Shown here one piece after another: positions 36,984-42,707 of a stretch of DNA of 42,707 bases. Position 1 is the first letter of the stretch. Every line of letters starts with the position of its first letter. The notes below the pieces were generated by a model. That model was given only the letters and a program-made list of their open reading frames with translations. It was not told the origin of the DNA and did not search any database. Made by a program: the position numbers and the translations under genes. The stretch is from sequence record DRR723986_11617; one strand, written 5' to 3'.

Positions 36984-37364
36984 TTACTGTGATCGATCAA
37001 CCTTCAACAACAGCAGCGCAATTGCGCATGCTGCCAACTCCAAAATGAGATAGCCGTACATATAAGCGTTTGCACCGCCATCAAGATATATGCCCAAAGA
37101 GCGTCCAAACGCCATGCCAAACATCAACAAAAAAACGCTAACCACAGCAACTCGCAGAGTGTTTACGTTGCTGGCCAGCAGCAACAAGATCACCCCCACC
37201 GCTGCCGACATGCCGCCGTAGGTCGCTCGCAAATCGATAACCGCAGAACTGGATGTCACCGAGCCATCAACAACAAAGCCAAAGGTCTCTAGTGGCATGG
37301 CAAAGAACAGCAGGCCGTATACAAAGAAAATCAAGGCCGTGGCAAGTACAAAGACTTTGCTCAT
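36984..37364 (-). CDS. 4-TM membrane protein (DUF4345-like; start ATG 37364)
   Basis: DLRATYGG, GRSLGIYLDG; RBS AGGAG. Confidence 0.7.
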   Translation of the reverse strand: MSKVFVLATALIFFVYGLLFFAMPLETFGFVVDGSVTSSSAVIDLRATYGGMSAAVGVILLLLASNVNTLRVAVVSVFLLMFGMAFGRSLGIYLDGGANAYMYGYLILELAACAIALLLLKVDRSQ

Positions 37365-37589
37365 AGTAATCAGTACTCCTGTCGTAGTCAGGCTGCTAAC
37401 AAAAAAAGGCTCTCGCCTGATAGCCGTTATCCGATATGCGCGGTGCAAGCCTTTCGAAAAATAGCGTTAGATACCTCTACGCCTCCGGCTACGCTGCTTA
37501 AAGCCGGTGCATCGCGCAGATGGGCTCGAATCCAAAGGCAACCGCGAACCGTAAAGCTTTTACCATAAATCACAATAAGAGCATCCGCC

Positions 37590-37895
37590 ATGAAACAATT
37601 ACTGCTTCGCATTTACGACGGCTACACCTACATTTTTGACTCAAGCAGAATTCCGCTAAGACACATACCGGACCCTGTTAGCCGGTTTTATATCATGACG
37701 ATCCTGGCCGCTATGTGGAGCTTCAGTTTCGCTATGTACGTAGGCAGTATCATCTACTTTGGCATCAGTTTAGCGGCTCACGTGATACTTTTACTGATGT
37801 TTTTCTTCACCATCGCCGTATTCCACGACGCAGAAAAAAATCGGTCCTCATGGTTACTCAAGCTGCGTAGCCAAAAGCGATTCAAGGCTCGATAA
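37590..37895 (+). CDS. Hypothetical membrane protein
   Basis: 101-aa ORF with PLRHIPD motif and two hydrophobic segments. Confidence 0.65.
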   Translation: MKQLLLRIYDGYTYIFDSSRIPLRHIPDPVSRFYIMTILAAMWSFSFAMYVGSIIYFGISLAAHVILLLMFFFTIAVFHDAEKNRSSWLLKLRSQKRFKAR

Positions 37896-38009
37896 GGGTA
37901 GTTACACCTTCCGGGGTTTGAAGTCACGGCCTGTACACAGTCCGCGAAGATTCGCAAAGCCAAGCGCCCCCCCCTGCCCCAGCAACCGCTGGGCAGTGGT
38001 TACTAATAG

Positions 38010-38420
38010 TTATTCGTGAAGCCAAGGGGCGTAACTAAGCCCTATCAACACGCCCTCAGGACTCATAAAGCGAGCAATTGTCTGCCCCCAGGGCTCCTTG
38101 CGCGCCTCATGAATAAAAGCCTGCCCTTTCTCCTTCATTTCACACACGGCCGCCTCGACCGCCGCTGCTTCGGCCAGCTCAAACTCTATGGTTGAGGTAG
38201 GCTCCGCAAACTCCGCTGGCCATTCGTCCTGACCAAAGCAGGACTGCGCTGCCATCGCCAGCGGCCATACGCCAAAGTGATTTGCGCCGGGAAACCTGTC
38301 CATAAAACGATAGTCATCCATCGCTTCCAATGGCAAACCCAAAGCGTCTTTATACAAGGATGCGCTCGCTGCCGGATCTTTTGTTATTGCCGCAAACCCT
38401 GCAATACACTTAACGTCCAT
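38010..38420 (-). CDS. VOC/glyoxalase-family protein
   Basis: LYKDALGL, IEFEL, EPWGQTIARFMSPEG; RBS AGGAG. Confidence 0.85.
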   Translation of the reverse strand: MDVKCIAGFAAITKDPAASASLYKDALGLPLEAMDDYRFMDRFPGANHFGVWPLAMAAQSCFGQDEWPAEFAEPTSTIEFELAEAAAVEAAVCEMKEKGQAFIHEARKEPWGQTIARFMSPEGVLIGLSYAPWLHE

Positions 38421-38459
38421 TTTATCTCCTATCGCCCATAGGCGATCCTATTGAACTAC

Positions 38460-38529
38460 ATTTAACGAAGTGTTTTGTCACTTGGACTGGGGCACCATCG
38501 CAGCAATGCCAACGACGTCGAGGTTAAAT
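38460..38529 (-). repeat. Possible degenerate attC site
   Basis: Minus strand ATTTAAC...GTTAAAT, 70 bp; inverse core matches the cassette's start core; only partial inner pairing (GTCG-TTGG with CCAA-G-TGAC) and asymmetric spacers. Confidence 0.35.
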
Positions 38530-38575
38530 TAAGCCCAGCCTGACAGCGTTATTGCCGGGCGACCGCTGCTCCTTT

Positions 38576-38779
38576 TCATGTCAACGAACGATAGACACTA
38601 TACCCGCCGATTACACAGATTGCGGTAACTGAGGATGCAATTAGATCTACCGTCTTTTTGCGAATGCCTTTCTTTCTCAGAGGCACCCCAATAAAAATAT
38701 AGCCAACCATAAATGATGCTACCGCTATACCGCAAAGCCAGCAGACGGTGCTACTTATATCCTGAACAACTGAATTCAT
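38576..38779 (-). CDS. Cassette-encoded small 2-TM protein
   Basis: 67 aa; two hydrophobic helices around a basic loop; begins about 20 nt after core GTTAAAT. Confidence 0.7.
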   Translation of the reverse strand: MNSVVQDISSTVCWLCGIAVASFMVGYIFIGVPLRKKGIRKKTVDLIASSVTAICVIGGYSVYRSLT

Positions 38780-38799
38780 GAAACCACTTCCTGCTGGAC

Positions 38800-38863
38800 A
38801 TTTAACGCTCAGCTAGGGGGCGAGGTGCGTAGAACTTTGTCCCCCTTGAGCGCCTTGTTATGT
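38800..38863 (-). repeat. attC site (64 bp)
   Basis: Minus: ACATAAC AAGGCGCTCAAGGGGGAC...GCCCCCTAGCTGAGC GTTAAAT. Confidence 0.88.
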
Positions 38864-39258
38864 TTTGCTGGCACTGTGTATGTATAGTGGCAGGCATCAG
38901 GGTAAACTGGAGTAATTATGTATGACACCCTGAAGCTTGAAACATCAAGCTGGCCTGGCGTAATTAGAACCTGTGTTTGGGATAATGCCCCCTGAGACTC
39001 TAGTGACAAATTAGCAGTAAGTAGCCGGCCTTGTTCATTCGCTTGATCGAACATGACAGACGACAAAACAACGTTCTCGATCTTTGTTGGAACAGCGATA
39101 GTAAGGAAGCGAAGGTCCTGTCCCTTTACTTCAGCATTTTGGACAGTTACTTCAACACCTTCATTAAACCTAGTACCTATTGCCTCTGACTCGCACTGCC
39201 AGCCCACGCCCATTGAAGGGAATGCCAGTAGAAAGATAATAGTAAGGTTATACCTCAC
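38809..39258 (-). CDS. Cassette-encoded putative secreted protein (start probably GTG 39258; reads into its attC)
   Basis: RBS AAGGAG before GTG; signal-like MRYNLTIIFLLAFPSMGVG; two Cys; stop lies inside the attC. Confidence 0.7.
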   Translation of the reverse strand: MRYNLTIIFLLAFPSMGVGWQCESEAIGTRFNEGVEVTVQNAEVKGQDLRFLTIAVPTKIENVVLSSVMFDQANEQGRLLTANLSLESQGALSQTQVLITPGQLDVSSFRVSYIITPVYPDACHYTYTVPAKHNKALKGDKVLRTSPPS

Positions 39259-39272
39259 GAACTCTCCTTGAA

Positions 39273-39359
39273 ACATAACTCTCGGCTTTGGGGCTGGCGT
39301 GAGGCGCAGCGGAACGACAGTCCCAGCCCCGTAGGGGCGACAACAGGCGCTTGCTACGC
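39273..39359 (-). repeat. attC site (87 bp) with variant inverse core AGC instead of AAC
   Basis: Minus: GCGTAGC AAGCGCCTGTTGTCGCCCCTACGGGGCTGGGAC...CCAGCCCCAAAGCCGAGA GTTATGT. Confidence 0.82.
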
Positions 39360-39360
39360 A

Positions 39361-39711
39361 TCAATGGCACTTAATTACTCCAGAAACCAAAGGATACTGG
39401 CTACAGAACCTCTGGGGACATATGAATTCCTCAAGCCTTGCATTTGCTGGACTAATAATTTCATATGATCCATCGTAGCCATCTGGGCATAGCTCCCTTG
39501 CTCTCTGCTCCCAGTAAACTTTATTGGTTTCCAGGCTGTAATTGTAGCCCCCGATTTGAGAATATTCGACGATGTAAGTATTTGCTGCTACTCGCTTATC
39601 TAGGTAGCCCGTTCTGCCTCCATAAATGCCAAAATCAGCCTTCTTATATTCGGCCGGAGCACATCCACTAAGCGTTGCCAAAATTGGAAATAAATAAACG
39701 ACCCTTAACAC
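39361..39711 (-). CDS. Cassette-encoded lipoprotein
   Basis: Signal with lipobox LSG-C; four further Cys (ARELC, FICPQRFC, terminal KCH). Confidence 0.8.
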   Translation of the reverse strand: MLRVVYLFPILATLSGCAPAEYKKADFGIYGGRTGYLDKRVAANTYIVEYSQIGGYNYSLETNKVYWEQRARELCPDGYDGSYEIISPANARLEEFICPQRFCSQYPLVSGVIKCH

Positions 39712-39729
39712 TCAGATTTTCCTCTTGAT

Positions 39730-39795
39730 GCGTAACGCCTCAATAACCTGCAGCAGAAGCGTAGCGCAGGCGCGTAGTTAATTGATTTGTTAAGT
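39730..39795 (-). repeat. attC site (66 bp)
   Basis: Minus: ACTTAAC AAATCAATTAACTACGCGCCTGC...GCAGGTTATTGAGGC GTTACGC. Confidence 0.88.
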
Positions 39796-39798
39796 GAT

Positions 39799-40725
39799 TC
39801 AATTGCACAGGACTCGATTGATCTCATTAAACCAACTCTCCCTGTGAATAATCCGTTCTTTGTGTAGGTTATTCTCTAGGATTTCAGCCTTAGTTAAACC
39901 AGACAGAACTTCCCAATTGTTTTCAATGATATATGTGGCATTGTTTGTTTGCGTGCTTTCCAAGATGTATAGATTTTTGTCAGGGAAACCAAAGATCAAA
40001 TAACCTGAAAATCCAGCTCTACCTACTGCAACAAAGTCGGGCTCATGTACATTGATAGATTCCAACCTTTTATCAATAACAAGCTTATTTCCTTCCGAGA
40101 GATTCTCTGTAGCTTCATGTACAAGTGGCTTTAGCTCGCCCCAAGGTTTTTTCCCTGGAGGAAGGACATCCCAATTCAGCTTACGAAGAGGAGCCCTAAT
40201 AATAGAATCGAGACTCTCACTCCTAATCTCGCAATATCCAAAAATCTCAAGGAATAGGTTGATTATATGAACCAGATGATCTTCGTTCTCGGTAGTAAAT
40301 TCTATCGGGGCTGAGACGATGAATTTTTCACTGTCAGCATTTGTGGCGATATTCAGTTCAACAGCCGGAGGCTCTACATTCTCTCTGGGATAGCGCTAGT
40401 AAGGAATATCTACGATTTTCGACTTTTCCTCAAAATCGTATCTACCTCTGAACTCTTTCCAGGTCCATTCTTGCTGTCTATAGTGTATTTCCTTTGGCTC
40501 GTCTTTTAGTGGGATTTCTTTACCCTCGGCATTGAATTTAGAAATGTTGCCAATTGCTTTCGGAAGGACAGTTTCCCCAGGAGATAAATCAGGACTAAAG
40601 CCAACATCTATAGCTGCGACACTATCAATATCTGATACTCCAACGCTCAGAACTATGGGCTGCCCCTCTTGCAACCCTTTAGTGTACGCGCCTAGCGTTC
40701 TGATCCGCTTTTTATTGATAATCAT
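39799..40725 (-). pseudogene. Cassette-encoded 308-codon unknown gene interrupted by one in-frame TAG (40396-40398)
   Basis: ORFs 40396..40725 and 39799..40065 share a frame; manual translation between them is stop-free (DIPY*RYPRENVEPP...NLFLEIFGYC...LNWDVLPPGKKPW...RLESIN); fills the cassette exactly; RBS AAGGAG. Confidence 0.82.
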
Positions 40726-40748
40726 AGATAAAACTCCTTTCTGTATTC

Positions 40749-40830
40749 ACTTAACGCCGGTAGCAAAGGCGAGCATTAGCGAGTCCAGCCCGCGTTTTTA
40801 TGCGGGCGATTTTGTCTACCCTTGTTAAAT
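40749..40830 (-). repeat. attC site (82 bp)
   Basis: Minus: ATTTAAC AAGGGTAGACAAAATCGCCCGC...TTTGCTACCGGC GTTAAGT; upstream gene's TAA lies in the inverse core. Confidence 0.9.
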
Positions 40831-41121
40831 GTATGACCACACCGCACCTATGATAAGTAGAAAAATTATTGCAGCCTGAACCTTATTAGCTTTACTTTGC
40901 TCAGCTCTAGCTTCAGGCGTATCAGTTACCCCTTCTTGATGATCAAAGCCACCTTCATCAAGATCTTCATTGAATATGATGAGACCATTAACGAAAACAG
41001 CGACCATTACCAGCAAAGTTGCCGTTAGCCAGTAAAACCCCGTGAAGTACTGTATGCCCCAACCAATTAGGAGGCATACAGAGATCATGATTGCTGCGAG
41101 CTTTAGGTCGATTCCATTCAT
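40825..41121 (-). CDS. Cassette-encoded small 3-TM membrane protein
   Basis: 98 aa; hydrophobic helices with an acidic loop (NEDLDEGGFD); stop inside RYYYAAC. Confidence 0.78.
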   Translation of the reverse strand: MNGIDLKLAAIMISVCLLIGWGIQYFTGFYWLTATLLVMVAVFVNGLIIFNEDLDEGGFDHQEGVTDTPEARAEQSKANKVQAAIIFLLIIGAVWSYI

Positions 41122-41131
41122 CAGCTAGTAC

Positions 41132-41251
41132 ATTTAACGCCTACCGCAGCGGCAGACAGAACGGAGTGCCTTTTGTGCTAATGTTTGTGCGGCAGCGAGT
41201 AGCACAAAAGGCACAGAGTTTTGGCTGTCCAGCTGCCGGTACTCGTTATGT
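41132..41251 (-). repeat. attC site (120 bp)
   Basis: Minus ACATAAC...GTTAAAT; inner perfect 15-bp inverted repeat GTGCCTTTTGTGCTA / TAGCACAAAAGGCAC. Confidence 0.92.
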
Positions 41252-41254
41252 GTT

Positions 41255-41803
41255 TTACTGCTCAAAAGAAGCCTCCAGCTCCAAAACCACTTCATTGTCT
41301 TGTCTGTAGCTCGTGTATACCTGATAACCATTTGGAACGCTTCCAACAAAGTCCCGTATAGCCAGCGCATGCATTGCAAGCATATGTTGATGTTTGGGTT
41401 TGTCCCCTCGGTACACCGAATGCGCCCACCAACGTGGCTTAAATTCTCCCGTGGCGTCATAGACCTTAGTAGAAGCTGCACTCAATTGAAAATACTGTTC
41501 TTTGCTCTTGGAGTCGTATGGCTTAAAAGATACCATTACATAGTAGTCTGCTTGTTGCGAAATCGTAGTTTCATACATCCCTCTGTAGTTCAGGATGTAG
41601 GAGGTGTAATTTGCTAACTTTTGAATTGTATCGTCTGGAAGAGTCTCTTCTTCAAATACAACGTAATATTGAGAATCGCTTGCTACACCGTAAGAATCCC
41701 CCCTATTCACGAAGCGCGTAAATTCGTCGCTACCAGATTTGGCTCCTAGATTAGCACTGCAACTGGAAACCAAAATTAAAGAAATCAATAACAAATATCG
41801 CAT
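41255..41803 (-). CDS. Cassette-encoded lipoprotein of unknown function
   Basis: MRYLLLISLILVSS-C lipobox; 182 aa; fills the cassette. Confidence 0.8.
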   Translation of the reverse strand: MRYLLLISLILVSSCSANLGAKSGSDEFTRFVNRGDSYGVASDSQYYVVFEEETLPDDTIQKLANYTSYILNYRGMYETTISQQADYYVMVSFKPYDSKSKEQYFQLSAASTKVYDATGEFKPRWWAHSVYRGDKPKHQHMLAMHALAIRDFVGSVPNGYQVYTSYRQDNEVVLELEASFEQ

Positions 41804-41827
41804 AAATTATCTCAGAGTCTCGCGGAC

Positions 41828-41893
41828 ACATAACGCTCGCCACACCAGTACCAAACCGCAGGTTTGGTATCTGCGTGCTGGCGCTTGTTAAGC
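41828..41893 (-). repeat. attC site (66 bp)
   Basis: Minus: GCTTAAC AAGCG CCAGCAC...TACCAAACC-TGC-GGTTTGGTA...GTGTGG CGAGC GTTATGT. Confidence 0.92.
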
Positions 41894-41899
41894 AGTTCT

Positions 41900-42679
41900 T
41901 TAGTGTGATTTGATAACATTTTGCAATAGCTTTCCTGCCATGTCATGAACTTCGTCGAATGTTAATACGTCTATATTGGCACTGCTTGCGTTAAAACGCT
42001 TTAGCTTATCCTTTTGCCTTTGCGACATTGTTTTACTACGCCCCATAATCAGCAACCCTCGAGGAGACGAAATATCAGGTAATAAGGTTTTTGCATATGC
42101 GCCATTCGAATCAATCCATTCTTGAAAATCTAAAACCTGCCCCAGCGCATGGGTAAACTTTGAGGAAAACTCATCCGCATTAGTGAAAATTTTGTCCTGA
42201 GGTTTTTCTATTTCTACCAAAATGTACTTGTTATCTAGTTTCTTTATGACGAAGTCAGTTATGTATTCAACGCCAAGCTTCTGTTTGGGTATTACCTCGG
42301 ACGCAATTGGGTCCAAAAAAACGGGGTTATTGGATAAAAATATCTGATACTCTTCTTCTCTTTCTTCTTTTTCAATAAGCTCTGAAAAATTTCTAATCAA
42401 GCTTGCTGTTATAAGTATGCGGCCTTCCAGCATTAAATTAAAAAAGTCTTCTTTGAAAGAGCCTTCTTTTCCGGCTTTAATATCGGAGATAAAATTCTGC
42501 TGATAAACAAACTGTATTAGTGGGTCGAAGAGCTCAGAGTTATGTGCACTTTCCAATACAACATATCTCAAGGCTTCATTGACCTTATTCAGAAGATCAC
42601 CATTTAATGACTTAGTCAGATAGCCTGTTGGCTTATCGTTAGAAAAATATAGGCCGCCACTTAGTTCATTTTTTGATTG
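41900..42679 (-). CDS. Shedu (SduA, DUF4263)-like anti-phage nuclease domain protein; start uncertain
   Basis: EEEYQIFLSNNPVFL, ITDFV, LVEIEKP, ALGQVLDF, LLIMGR, LKRFN, VLTFD; frame open to 42679, where an in-frame TGA (42680-42682) bounds it. Confidence 0.8.
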   Translation of the reverse strand, partial: QSKNELSGGLYFSNDKPTGYLTKSLNGDLLNKVNEALRYVVLESAHNSELFDPLIQFVYQQNFISDIKAGKEGSFKEDFFNLMLEGRILITASLIRNFSELIEKEEREEEYQIFLSNNPVFLDPIASEVIPKQKLGVEYITDFVIKKLDNKYILVEIEKPQDKIFTNADEFSSKFTHALGQVLDFQEWIDSNGAYAKTLLPDISSPRGLLIMGRSKTMSQRQKDKLKRFNASSANIDVLTFDEVHDMAGKLLQNVIKSH

Positions 42680-42707
42680 TCAATTCAACTGGTCATTGCA
42701 ACACACT

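Larger units (their letters stand above)
38460..42707 (-). mobile_element. Integron gene-cassette array (distal end; integrase not in window)
   Basis: Co-oriented single-ORF units separated by RYYYAAC...GTTRRRY imperfect hairpins; each unit's inverse core is the reverse complement of the core at its own start; AT-richer than the flanking DNA. Confidence 0.93.

Noticed and set aside
37392-37432. GGATAAC...GTTAGCA (minus strand) as an attC or attI site
   Set aside because: About 40 bp is too short for attC, there are no L boxes and no adjacent integrase; it looks more like a weak AGGC-GAGA-GCCT-T7 hairpin.
40396-40398. Pyrrolysine or genome-wide TAG recoding
   Set aside because: TAG ends ordinary genes in this window (7543, 26656, 26653) and no pyl genes are visible.
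39799-40725. Two separate genes (109 aa and 88 aa), such as a toxin-antitoxin pair
   Set aside because: They share a frame and the 110 codons between them are stop-free, so they are one interrupted gene.
39053-41617. Short alternative ORFs over the array (39053+, 39268+, 39465+, 40052+, 40532+, 41091+, 41134-, 41300+)
   Set aside because: They are antisense or out-of-frame shadows of cassette genes, or cross attC sites, with no recognisable motifs.
38800-41893. Spaced palindromes considered as a CRISPR array, REP elements or terminators
   Set aside because: They differ in sequence and length, are separated by whole genes, lack U tracts and have attC core geometry.

Overview
Bacterial chromosomal window, most likely from a marine gammaproteobacterium (inferred from gene content only). 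1-8.6 kb is housekeeping and envelope: partial OmpA-domain gene, an atypical ShlB/FhaC-type Omp85 gene, a fold-type III PLP decarboxylase, an orphan GspF/PilC-like gene, a J-domain protein, htpX behind a sigma32 promoter, a class II aldolase and a porin. 8.6-26.7 kb is a catabolic island: two Rieske oxygenases, two flavin ene-reductases, an NTF2/SnoaL protein, four SDRs, a membrane-anchored amidohydrolase, a TonB-dependent receptor, an LLM oxidoreductase, a sterol-desaturase-family gene and AraC/TetR regulators; steroid or bile-acid use is inferred. 26.7-38.4 kb holds hrpB, a hydrolase, a methyltransferase, an acyl-CoA synthetase with AraC, a MerR/SDR pair with a clear operator, and small accessory genes. 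From about 38.5 kb to the right edge the DNA is AT-richer and forms a minus-strand integron cassette array: six clear, mutually dissimilar attC sites plus one degenerate candidate. Cassettes include a Shedu (DUF4263)-like nuclease, a 308-codon unknown gene broken by a single in-frame TAG, two lipoproteins and small secreted or membrane proteins. No integrase, rRNA, tRNA or CRISPR array was seen. All family calls come from motif recognition by eye, not database searches.
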